The notes below the pieces were generated by a model. That model did not search any database, was not told where the DNA came from, and saw only the letters and a program-made list of their open reading frames with translations. Positions 1 to 13,300 of a stretch of 64,000 bases of DNA are shown piece after piece. This DNA comes from Podarcis tiliguerta (taxonomy: Eukaryota). Position numbers and translations under genes: made by a program. The DNA is taken from the NCBI GenBank assembly GCA_965153285.1, contig OZ229111.1; one strand, written 5' to 3'. How positions within the stretch are numbered: the stretch's first letter is position 1; the number at the start of each line of letters is the position of its first letter.

Positions 1-1108
1 CTGATAGATATGTCAGTTCTAGAGACCCAAGGCAAGTGTTTGTTCTCCAGGGCAAGCTAATGATCTGCCAAACACAAGTGGCTCTCCATCGTGCAATGAG
101 GTGCAAAGAAGGAAGGGCAATCACTGCCCCTACAGCTAGCCTGGCTGCTAGGACTGAAGCAGTAACAGGGGGAGCAGGCTGGACTTCATATATGTCAGAG
201 GTGTCAAGATTAAGTTGGATTATTTATAGCTGCAGGCAGACCTGTTATGTACATTAGGCCATAGTTTCCTAGACAGTTTTTCATTCTGAGCCACATCCAC
301 TCATCACTTTCATTAAAATGGGCCAAATCTCAAGAGGATCGATTTCATCCCTACACAAGATGGTGTGCTGGTTTGCTTTTCATTTCAAACTAAATTTTTA
401 AGAATTTGTTTAAGCTAGAATTTCAGTCCAGTGGATCATCTCCTGGCTGCGCCTGGCAGAGCAAGCATATCTATTGCATATAAAACAAATCCTGTCTACC
501 TTTTCATGTAAATGTGATCATAGATAATTCATTTTCTTTAACTCCCTTTCCTTCTTTAAGCTAATGGAGCAGCACATATCCGTGTGGACCATGTTTTCCA
601 GATCTGCAGCAATTTTTTTTTTAACTCTGAGTTGTTTCCTGTGAACTCTAGAATGGAAACTATTGCAAAAGGCTCCTCTTCTTTCAACCCTAAATAACAT
701 GTGTAGCAGAGAAGCATTTACTCGAAAATCTTAATAAGCAGCACAGTTAGAATAGCTTGATAAATTTTCATCTTTTTGGTAATGTAGTAACATTAGCAAC
801 TGTGTCTGCTGCGTTATGAAGTTGTTAACGTGGGGGGGGGGGAGGATGGAGAAAGGGAAATGGTCATTTGACCAAACTCCAGGTTAATTGGCTTAGTTTT
901 AGTAAGATAATAAGAAAGCTGCATTCCAGTAATAGGTCAGATCTACACTGCTGTTGTAACAAGGATGACTCCTTTTTTTGGCATGTGATAGAGATCTGAA
1001 CCTTCCCTCTTTAGCAGCAGAGCGGAAGGTATCTCAGCAAATGAAAAGTTTGGAGTTATTTGTGGCAGAAGTTCGAGGTCCCTTTCTGAAAGATGCACTC
1101 TCTCCCAG

Positions 1109-1174
1109 TTTTACAGTTGCGGCTGCAGCAGCGAAGAAGCCGAGAGCAGCTCGCCAACCAGGGAATCATGCCAC
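1109..1174 (+). CDS. MYOCD: MYOCD exon 2 (RPEL1: VLQLRLQQRRSREQLANQGIMP)
   Basis: ctctctcccag|...CCAC|gtgagt, 66 nt. Confidence 0.95.
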
Positions 1175-4100
1175 GTGAGTACTTTGCTTTCTCACTTTTA
1201 TCTTTTCTGCACTAGCAGGCCCATGCAGCCTCAGCTGAGGGTCACACTATCCACCACCAAATAAATATAATACAACTTTGCATCATTAGGGACTGATTCT
1301 GATTCTAAGAAGGGCAAAGCAGGCTTGTACACGTGCACCACTTTAGCACACACAGATCTGGTGCTATGTACCTCTGCAAGAATCAACTCTTATGCAGGAA
1401 GGAAATATTTGTGGCAGAGAGTTACCTTCTTACATAGTGCCCACCCTGAGAAGTCTGTACTGCTGCAAAAATTATTTATTTCTGGTACAATCATAAGCAG
1501 GAGATTGAGTTGAGCAACTGGTCCGGCACTACAGATTGCATGGAATTTTTGCCATCACATACTCAGCTTGTTACTGCAATTACTGTTAAACTCGGGACTA
1601 GAAGATTACTTACACATGCATCCCAAAATCTAGGATTCTAATGAGCCTCACAGGAAAGAGAGTTTGGGCTTGATTATTCCTGAAGTAGACTATACTGTAT
1701 CATTTTCATAACTCATTTAGGATGTAGGGCACCTTGCAAAACCCTATGAGGCAGGTCATTGTTATTCCAATTTTTTGCAGATGGGGAAACTGAGACTGAG
1801 AGAGATAACACCTTGCCCAAGGCCACCCAGTGAGTCCATGGTCAAACTAGGATCTGAATCCAGGTCTCCCACCCCAAGCACCCACCCCCCCTCTCTCTCT
1901 CTGCTGGATCACACTGATTCTGAGCCACACACAGTGACTGCCTAAGCCTTTGGGTGCCGCATGTTGTAGTTGGCCTCTGCTATTGCTTTCCTCTTAAGCC
2001 ACCTCCTGCAAAACATTCTACATTGTTGGCATGGAATGTCTGTCGCTTCCATACAAATGGTGCATGCAGCAGTTTGGCATTTTCATGAGGCATTTCAGTG
2101 TATGTAGTGCAGGTACAGCATGTTATGTGTGACAGAGTGGATCCACATAGACTTGTTTATTTAATACATTGCCCAAAGTTCTTGGCAGGTTTAATCCTAT
2201 CCCACTATCAGAATTAACTGTCATGTTCTGCAAAAATGAGGTGTCATTGGTGTTTGCCAACTGTCAGGGGATGTTCTGACACCCCATAAAGGCTGCTAGT
2301 TTACCCCCTAAAAGGCATTTTACTCCTCAAAGAGAAGGAGAAAGAAAGTGGCAAGGGGTATGGAGGCAAGAATAGCAGCATTTGTTTAGGCGTCCGAGGC
2401 AAATGGGTTACCACCATGACTCCAGACTTTTCACCTTATTTCATCTCCCCGTCTTCCACAGTCCCAAACATCTTTCTTTCTAGGACACAGTGCTTGACCA
2501 TGGGCTTCAACTAGTATGTGCTTAGGGCTATTTAAGATGTGACATTTCCCTAGATGCATTTTGAAGGATATAAAAAACGCCCAAGGACCCATGATAAATA
2601 CATGCATCTCATACCTGTCTGGTGAGTTTGACAAAAAGTGCACATCTTTGCCCATTTCTCGACTGCCTTCTAATCGGTTTATGCAAAACTTAGAAAGGGC
2701 AAGGTAATTGCCCTTAATATAATCATGCTTCCTATGTTGTAGGAAGAGATCCCATTGATTACTTTTGTTCCTGGGCATTCACATATTCATCAGTGGTAGG
2801 TAGTTAGAGAATTACACCCAACTACATCCCGTTTGCAGTCACTGCCCAGCAAATCCCTTGGGAATACATGATGTAACTTGATTGATACTAAGTGAGTGTG
2901 GACTTGGATAGGAGACCACTGAGAACCTCACAAAAAATGAGGAGCAGCATATATAAATATAGCAAATAAATCACATGTTTTCTGCACATGTCCATAGTAT
3001 TAGGTCTTCCAGCCCTCCTAATTTAAGGGTGGGTTTTTGTTTTGCCTTCTCCTTTGATGCCTTTTCTCACATTGACAAGGCTCATAAGCCTATATAGAAG
3101 CCTCATTGCCCAGTTCACAATTAATATAAACCACAGTTAATGGTTTGTTGTGAATGTGGAGATCACACCTGCTTTGCTTCTTCCCTATTACAAGCATGAG
3201 CACAATCCCTGGCTTAACATTACATCTGGGGATGCTGCAGAATTCCAAGAAAAATGGAAACAGGAGTGGAAATTGCCAATGTTCACTTATTCATCCCATG
3301 TCCAAAATGGAAATCCACCTGTTGTTGTTGCTGCTTTCAGTCCACAGATGATACATAAATTATTACTTTTCCCCACCCCTACTTGCATTGTGTTTCCTTT
3401 GCGTTGAAATGAATAGGGGGGAATAACATCACGGCAACATAATTTGCATGTAAATTACATAAGGTACATAATTTGACACAGTGGATGGAAATACAGATAA
3501 AGTGGTTTTTTGTGGAAGGCAAAGCGCAGTGGAACATAAACAGTGCTGCATGCAACAAATAGAGGTCAGAACAGAAAATGATGTTTTCTTACATCCCAAA
3601 TAATAGCTGAGCCAAGGATTGTGATTTGTTTCACTCAAACAAAGTTTGATTGGTAAGTCAAGAACAAACTTTGTTTGGAGTGAAACAAACTGCTATCTCC
3701 AATTCAGATGTAACACTAGGGATTATGTTTTGTTCTTCCTGCTAGGGAATGATCAAAACAGGAAGCCCCTGTGTGTTTATGTTTAAACCATTACCTGTGT
3801 TTATGTTTATGGCAAAAGCATTTACTGTGGTGTGTAAATGCAGTAAGTTAGTTAGTGGTGTTAGTAGGGGTTCAGGATTTAGTCAGTTAATTGGTTAGGT
3901 TAATAGGTTTAATTTGATCAGCTGACAAGCTGCCCCCAAATTGGTATATCTACATTATCAGTTTTTAACATAAGTACTTAAAGAAGTTTCAGATGTCAAG
4001 CAGCGTCATGTCCTTCTGTGTGTGATAGAACAGGGGACAGCTCTTCAAAGATGAGGCCTACTGTGCCACTTGTGGGCATAATTTTAAAACAAAGTACGTT

Positions 4101-7100
4101 TTTCTTTAGAACCGTTTTTATCTCATATGCAAATGTATGCAAGTTTAATCAATAAATTAATCAATGTACCCAAACTCATATGAACAAAGATTCATATGAC
4201 TGGGTGATAGACACAGGTTTTACTCATTATTGATTTGCCACTATTTATCATTGGCAAGCAAGTCACACACCTACAAGCCTCTCTTAACACCATGGTGGCA
4301 CTCTCACTGGGACCCTTCCTCTCAAACCAGAGCATTCAAACTTCATGTCACTCTTTTAAAATCAAAACGGCTATAAACTATAAGATTTCAAATCTATTAT
4401 TTGTCTTTTAAAATTATAGCAATTTCCTGATTTCTTTTCTCTGTGAAAACAAAACACTTCCCACCCCTATGGCCCAAAGCAGTAGCCTTTCCTGGCAGGC
4501 ACAACGAGAAAGTTAATTATGTTTAATTGCAATACTCATTATTCAATGCACATGCTCTTAAAAATTGTGATAACTGAAGGCTCAGGACAGGTCTGTGTTG
4601 TGGGGCAATATCCAACTAACGTGGTCCATCAGCACAAGGATTTCCGCTTGCACATTGGGACTTTTTCCTCCTTTGTGTCCAACTCACTCCCCAAATCTAC
4701 TCTGCTGGGGAGTTTGGAGAGCCCCTAAAACAGATTTAGGAAGCACACAAGAGGGGAGAGGAGGTAAGTCCAGCTGTGCAAGTGGAAATCCTTGTTCTGT
4801 CAGAAAATATTACTCAATGCTACTTTGGATACAATCCTATGTGTGTAATTCTCCTTTCATCATTGTACTCTCACTCCAGACTTTAACTTCTAAACTTCCA
4901 CTACTGCCACGACTTCCCTCATGGAAGAACCAACACATTCAACCCCATATTGACATAGATTTTTTCTCAGACAACCATATGCTGTTGGTTTGTCTGCAGA
5001 ATTCACATCAATCCTCTTGGCAAAGGTCCCTTTGTTTTGCGTCCATCCTTTGTCATGGATCCTACATAACTTTAGCGTTCTGTAATGTGCATTAATTGAG
5101 CTGTGCAGAAGAACAACATTGGTTTTCTGCCTTGCAGATTACTTTTATCGGATGCTCTCTCAAAGCTCTTCCCACCATCCCACTAGCTGTGAACCAGGCC
5201 TCTGCACTGGTGCACCAGTTTCTCAGATTGCTCTTGCAGTATCTGAAAGTAGGATGGTTTTCACCCTATGAAGTTTACCAGAATCTGTTTTACAACCGTC
5301 TTTTACCACTGAGGTGTCTCCTCTAACTTTGCCTTTGGTGCTCTGTGACACTTTTTTATTTACTCACTCACTTTAAGATTTTCTTCTTCTTTTTGTTTGG
5401 CCTTTTAGTTGCGCAGGGTTTGAGTCTTCAATAAAACAAAATATCTATCGTGCTTTAGGATCTAGTTAACTACAGGAGGCAAATAATAAATTAGCTCATC
5501 CAATTGCGTCAATGCAAAATGACTCATAACTCTGACAATAAATCCGTTTGGTGACGGGAGGTAACAACTGGCATGTGGGGACTAGAGAAGCCATTTGTTA
5601 AAAGCAGTTTGGGTTGTTTTGTTTATTTTATTTTATTGAAAAAAAGAGGGTTTTTAAATAAATAAAAATCACACAATATATAATTCTCTTGGCCTTTGAT
5701 TTTCCTATCCCACAGTTTGCCTGTGCTCCCAGTCACATTTTGTGCAAAGAAAACAAACAAACAATAATTTGACACTTATTAAAATGGAGATGAGAATTGT
5801 GTCCGCAATCTTTATTTTTGGATTCTGGACAACTTTCACTGTATAAATAACTAGGCTACAATTCAGCCATGAGATAAAGAGCTTTTGCGCAGCTTTGGGA
5901 AGAGCGATGCTTTCCTCTCATGCCCTTAACCCATGACACAGAAGAAATAGCAAGACCCAGAAATGGTTCAGAGAGTGAGACCCAAATGAGCTGGGAACTG
6001 TGTGCCAAGTCATCTTCACGAAGCCTGTGAACACACTGGGACAGCCTCCCCCTTGGTGATAGAGTACAACGAAGTACAAATTTCCTAGTCAGTGAGAACT
6101 AGCCAACACTGATGGTAGGGAGAGGGGGGAAAGGCTCCATGATGAGACTATGAAGATAGGAAAAGGCTGGACTGCCAGTTGGGGAGTGGAATTCAAGGAG
6201 AAGGTTTTGCCCCTACCTTTTCCTTGCTGCCATTTATTCCTGTAGGACAAATAAAGAGTTGTGATTCAATCCTAACAGCATGTTTATCACTGGAGGGCGT
6301 TAAGATATGGTGGAGGAGGCGACCCTCTTTTTTTTATCTCGATGGAACTGCAATCTGAAGAAACAAATATGTCCTCCAAACAAATATCCGGAATGTGGTT
6401 CAGAACACAGAGCAGGCACTGGTGGAGAGTATCAGAATTTACTGGAGCATTCTGCTCACTCTCTTATATCGAGAAGGAGATTTTGCCAATGGATGAAGGA
6501 AGGAGAGCTCATTGTTGAAAAGAATGTGTGACAGAATGGAGCAATTTATCCTTCTTGCTGATTTTGTATGTGCTGCTGACACCCATGTGATACAATGAGA
6601 CTCAGACTCTCAATTTTATTAGCGGGTCTCCTCTGGACATTAATCTCACTGGTGGTCCTCTCCATAACTAGATCCTTCCTCCCCAACTGATCACTTTAGC
6701 TGGAAGTCAACTCCACTGAAACCAAGCTCCCCAAATGCGTCTAGGATTAACGTGCAAAGCTCTGTCTCTTGAGCTTCTCACCCAATGTGTTTGGATACTG
6801 GACAGGCTGCACTTTACCGCCAGGCCACTCACCTCCCTCTAAGATGCCTTAAAAAAGATGGCTGTCTCCAAACAACTCTCAGCTCTCCCCCTGCTTTAGT
6901 TACCATCTGTGTCTTTGCTCCTCTCTGCCTCGTTTCCACTGCCACAGCCTGGCCTGGGAATGTCTGTGGTTATTCCTCCTCCATTTTCATTTGATGCAAT
7001 AAAGGGGCTGGCTGATTTGTGTGGCTAATTTTGTTGAACTTTGTTACAATGGCACAATGCTGAAAATGTACTTGTTGCTCGCTGTGCTCATTGTGCTTTT

Positions 7101-7354
7101 GTCTGTTTCTGATTGCAGCGCTGAAAACCCCCTCTCCCTTCCATGAGCAAAAGAAGAGCTTGGAGAGAGCCAAGGTAACCCTGGGTAGGCATCAAAGGGG
7201 GTGGCTGGAGAGAAGGTTGTGGCCATGTGCAGGAATGTGAGTGGAATGTTGGAAAATCACTGGATTCATTTCTGCAGATACTACTATACCTTTAGCACAC
7301 CTTTACAGGGCTCTAAACTTAATTGGCACATGTCCCATGAGAAAGTGGCTTTGT

Positions 7355-7387
<33 letters not shown>

Positions 7388-10300
7388 CTCCCCAGTAGGA
7401 AACCTTGTGCCTGATGTCTGCAGTACACCATATTGCCCTTCTCTTCTTGTGACACTGCAGAGTGCTTTTGGGCTGTTCTTAACCTGTACTCTTGTCTCTT
7501 GCTGGCACCAGTTATCAAGCAGAGTTTAGGCGCTGTTAATTAAAGCTAATGAGAAAGATAAGATTAAGAGGCAGTCCCCCCCCCCCCACCTACCCCACTA
7601 GTGGAAGAGCTGGTGATCTGGTCTTATTTAGAGAAAGTACAAGATATTCTCAAGCTTTCCCTGCTGCAAGTCTCCAGCCAAGTCTCTTACTAGAGGTGTA
7701 GCGGGGGGCAAAAATTTGATTCCGTTTACATTTAAAGGCGAACCTACCTAATTTGCAATTTCAGAAATAATACGCAAACTTAAACAAGGCCATCCTTCAA
7801 AATTTGTGTTTCTCTGAATTTTGCAGTTTGGCAAAGGGGGAAATTGGGGAACTGTCTGCTTAGAGAAGCCTTTTCCAAGACTGATAGCAGTTCTCTTATA
7901 TAAAGAATACAATCCATATATAGAGAGGCCTATAGCTCATTCATAAAGCTGGTATTTTGCACGGATGACGACCCGGATCCAATGACACCAGCAGCAAGAT
8001 TGGTAAAGATATATGGAGATATGCTGCTAGTTACAATAGACAATGCTGGGCTAGATGGACCCAGTATATGGTAACTTTGTAATGTTCTAGAAACTATGAC
8101 TTGATTTGCTTAGAATTTGTATTAGTAGTAGTAGTTGCCGTCTGTTAACTTGTCCCATTTAATGGGAACTTGTGGTGCACCTTATCCTTTATTTCCTCTG
8201 TTTATGGTATAGGAGTTAATATGTAGAGGAAATTTAGGTCAGGAAGCCAAACAAGTGAATCCTTTTATAGTCTCTACAATTCTGTGTACATATATATAAA
8301 CTTGCTTTCAAAACTCTTGATGAAATTTATGTATAGGCATTTATCAAAAACCTGCACACATGTAGAAGATGCCTATGTTACATTATTGTATATGAGTGTC
8401 CTGCAAAAATTCAAGACCAACGTAAAGAAGGATGTATAGCCCCCTGTGAAAAATAAATGTGCTTAGAACACTTCAAGAAGTCTGAAGTATCTTAGAAGTA
8501 CCCTATATTTCAATGTTCAGGCATAGGTTAATATCTCACAGTCTCCCTTCAAAGGCTTCTACTGGCCGATTGCCTGGAAGAAAAAAGGATTATATGAGTC
8601 AAAAGCCCTAAACTACATTCGTTTAGGGAGAAGTAGAACCAAAAATATATTCTAAGCCTTTATTCAGCTGGGGAGGGGGCTGGGGGCTGGCAGGGGGAAG
8701 CAATATCAGAACACTTCACAGCTAGTTTGGTTGAGAGGGACTGATGGGAAGCCTACTTGAAAATCTTTGTTCACACATAACATGAAACTACACCAATTTA
8801 ATTGCGGTGGATTTTAAATACCTATTAGCTAAAACACAACAGAGCTGCTGTTAGATGAGTTCTAGTGAAGTAAATAAATTTACTTTGATACAGCTGGGTA
8901 CTTAGGGCTGAATTTTACACTTGTTTAAGATCTGTGCCGTAAGCTAAACTGAAATTGTGCTGAATATAGTGCATATTAAAAGTTGGTGTAGTATTATGAT
9001 TCCTTCGTGCCAATTATAAGTTACTTGCATTCTGGGAAACCTGACAAAAGTTTGGGTTTGCACAAATGGAGCTCTTAAAAGATCCAGGTCCTAGCCTACA
9101 GACATTCAGTATCCAGACAAAAAGTTGTGGGATAATTATAGAATTGGAAGGGACCCTGAGGGTCATCTAGTCCAACCCCTGCAATCTCAACTAAAGCATG
9201 CAGATGGCTTCTGCTTAGTCGGTTCCACTGTCAAACAGCTCTTGCCATCAGAAAATTATTCCCAATGTTGAGCTGAAATCTCTTTTCCTGTAACTTGAAT
9301 CTTTTGGTGTGGGTCCTACCAGAGAAGAACAAATGTTAGACCAAGTCTGACTGAATCCTTTTAAAGAAGCATTGCCTAATGCACTTTAAATCAAGCTAGT
9401 GAGGTAATGATCTCTGTTCTTATGTTCTGTAGACTGAAGATTATTTAAAGCACAAGACCCGAAACAGACCTGAGCGCTCAGAACTGGTTGATATGCACAT
9501 TTTACAGGGTAAGATTGAATGAATAAGTTTAAGATCTTGCTATTAGCATACAAAGTCCTTAATAACCAGATTATCTTTGGGACCACCTAATCTTGTATAT
9601 CCCTACCCAGTCACTTCAATCCCGGGGGGAGACACTCTTAAAGGTGCTGCTTACTCCTGACGTTCATCTTATGCCTGCAAAAACCCAGGGCTTTCAGTAT
9701 TACATCACATGCCCTTTGGAATGAGCTCCTGGTAAGGCAGGCACCTATAGTGTTGCTATTTCCGGTACCTACTTAAAACACATTTGTTTACTCAAGGGTG
9801 ATCCAGTTTAGTAGTGTATATTTCTGATTTACTAATTTCTTGGTGTAATATTGTTGTTAGCAGTGTATTTTATTGATGATTTTATGGGGATCACGACCTT
9901 GAGGTTTCTTTTTACATGTTTGGAAGTATAGAAATACACCACCGAATTGCAAATGAGCTGTTCTATGTTAATAGATAGTCTAGACTTCCGCAAGGGTTTT
10001 GGACAACTCCCATCATCCCCGACCATTGACGATGTGGTCTGGGGCTGATGGGAATTGTAGTCCACATCCTCTAGAGGGCACCAGGTTGTGGGAGACTGCC
10101 TTAGATGTTTTGGACTTCTTGTAGTTGTGGCAAGCTAACAGCAGAAGACACTTCTGCCATGTTCTGAGTAAGCCTCCGTGTCTTTTGATCCCTCTTCAGG
10201 AAAGGTATAAAAGCACCTTTTAATGCCCTAATCTAGGCCTTCTTGGTAGCAATCTCCTACTTATGGAATGCTTATGAATTATTTTAGGTTTTAAAACTTT

Positions 10301-13300
10301 TCTAAAATGTTTGTAACCTTTGTTAGTTTGCCACCTTGGGTTCCTTCAGGGTGGGGACAAGAATAAACATCGAACTGATTTATGATGATGTTTGCATGTT
10401 ATTCTATAAACAAATCTGGGGTGGGTTTTATTTGAGCCTGGCTGGGGCAATTGCTGCTCCAGCATGTATGGCACACACTATACAACTGGGGGGAAATGCA
10501 CATCTCATGAAGCAAGTTATTCCCTCTTTTAGATACTGCTTCTTGCAATTCTCATTTAGCTTTTGAAACCAAGTTTTTACTGGGCTTGCAGAAATGACTT
10601 TCCTGCATAGGATTCCATGCCCAGCATTGCATTTGAAGGATTGTTTGCTTGTGTGCTACCCACTCCCCAGCAAACTGTGGCTCAGCCATGCTGGTATGCA
10701 GGCACACATAAAGGGTGTGGTGCACTGGGAGAGAACCTTGGAATTATTTTGTTTGGCTACAGGGAACTATGTACAGGTAATACTTTCTGTGTATCTTGAG
10801 CATTGTTAAAATTGACTGCATATCATATCAGGAGTGAGAAAAGCTTATCTACAAGCACACCTGTCATCATTGCACTCTGTGGCTAGTTGTGGTTAAAGGT
10901 AAAGGTAAAGGACCTCTGACAGTTAAGTCCAGTTGCAGGCGACTGTGGGGTTGCGGCACTCATCTCGCTTTACAGGCCAAGGGAGCCGGCGTTCGTCTGC
11001 AGACAGTTTTATTCTGGGTCATGTGGCCAGCATGACTAAGCCGCTTCTGGCGCAACAGAACACCGAAACCAGAGCAGCGCACAGAAACGCTGTTTACCTT
11101 CCCACTGGAGCGGTACCTATTTATCTACTTGCACTGGTGTGCTTTCGAACTGCTAGGTTGGCAGGAGCTGGGACAGAGCAACAGGAGCTCGCCCCATTGC
11201 GGGGATTCAAACTGCCAACCTTCTGATTGGCAAGCCACAGTTGTTTTATGGTTCAAGAGAAATGCTTTGTGTTACAGCTACACTCAGGTTCTAATTACTG
11301 GGAAAGAACTGACATAGAATTTATCCTGTGTTTCTTAGAAGTGATAAAAGGAAAGGAGCTGTGGAATAATTTATATTTTTACCATTTGGCTTTACAGATT
11401 CAGCCACAGAAGGGTCTGTCCAGGCTACTCAGATGAAACTGAAAAGAGCCCGTCTTGCAGACAATCTAAATGAGAAAATTGCTCTTAGGCCAGGTCCTCT
11501 GGAGCTGGTGGAGAAGAATATCATTCCTGTTGACTCAGCTGTGAAAGAAGCCATCAAAGGTAATACCAGGAAAGGCACCTCTGGTGCTATAGCAACATCC
11601 ATGAACAGTAGGCTATACAAAAGACTCGCTGTGGAGAGGGTCCCTTGCAATGTGATGTAGGCTTCTTGATGTTTTCTCCATGGGAATGCCTTTGGAATAA
11701 TTCCCATAAGAGTACAGATCCATGTTGAAGAGCTAGCAGGATTCTAGCACCCTAGAATGGTTCCTTCATTCCTGCCCTCTTCAAATCCCTCTTCACTAGC
11801 AGAGTAGGAAGAAACTTGATCAAAGCCAGACATGTCCCTGGAAAGATTACAGCGTGTAGCAGGAATCTTCCTTCCTTCCACTGCCTACTCTCTGTCTTCC
11901 AGCCTTGCAGGGGCTTTTGTGATAGAGCCTGTCTTTCCCAGCACTTTACTTATCAGCAAAAGCCAAGGGTCAAGCGCTTTTGCCTGCTAGTTTGCGGGAT
12001 ATTGCACAGGAACACTTTCCAGAACCCACTGAGTATGCTGAGTGGCAGAGAAGCATCATCTGGCACAAGCCACATTGATTCGCGGAGAAGCAAAATGGGT
12101 CGCATCTTTGCAGCATTTCTCAAAGGAGGTTGTAGGATGAAAAAACCATGCAAGCTATTGATTTGGTGAATTGTTTGGGGGCACATTCTTGATGAGTTTC
12201 TTGGAGTATTCTCACCATGGTGCACAAGCAGCATTTGACCCCCCAATATTTTTTTTGTGGGCTTCCAAGACACACACACAATTGTCTTTTTAAAAAATTG
12301 ACTGCTCCTATTTCCCCACTCCCACAAATTCCCAGCTGTGACTCCAGAATGTCAAAAGGGTTTTTTTGTAACCCCAACCTCCAAGACTCTTAAAATGTGC
12401 CCTATATTTTTTTAAAATAGAATGACCTTGCCCACTTTTACACTTTGGCCACATCCACTTTGAAATGTGCATTTAAAAACAAATTTGCATTTTTAAACGA
12501 ATAATCTGAACTAATACAGAGACGATGCAATTTGAAATGGGATAACGATTGCATTCTGCAGAGTTGTGAAATTTTGGGATAAAAACAAGAGCCTTCTAAT
12601 GATGCTATCCTTGAAGGTTCTGGATTTATTAAAGATCTGCTATCTTGCAGGGGGGAGGGTCTGAAGACTGACGGGTGCAAGCTGTGGCACATATAATATA
12701 GTGCCTCAAACAAAATCATGAACATCTTCAAAAACAGTTGAAAAGAAAGAAGTTCCTCATTTTTAAAAAAAACAAAACCCAGTAAAATAGTAACAATCCT
12801 GAAAATGTGTGTTCCACAGAGAATCAGAACCTCATGGGAAATCAGAGAGTTCCAGTAACCAATGTTTGAGAATTATTTATTTATTTAAAGCATTTGTAAT
12901 CCCGTTCTGCAGCTGAAAATGATTCCAGAGCAGCTTATAGAGCAATTAAGAAACATGGGGACCCTCAGGCTTCTGATCTAAAATGCAGAACTCAAAAGGA
13001 GGAAAGGATGGAGTGAGGAGGGGGAAAGCAAGCTGAAGCAGCAGTTCTTAAACTTACAAAATGTTCACAAGGGCCAGCTGGTGTGGAAACAGTTCAGGGA
13101 TAGGAGTCAAGGAGCTAGTCCCTCTCAATAGTCATGCTTCCCATCTCTCCGTCTGATGCACTCAGGTGGGATGACTGCTCCCAGGATGATGGAGAAAGGC
13201 CTGGTGGAGCTGGACCTTCAACAGAGCCAGTGGAACCAATTGCTGAATTCAGATTTTATTAGCACACCATTTACATGTTATCGAACCACTGCTTGATTAG

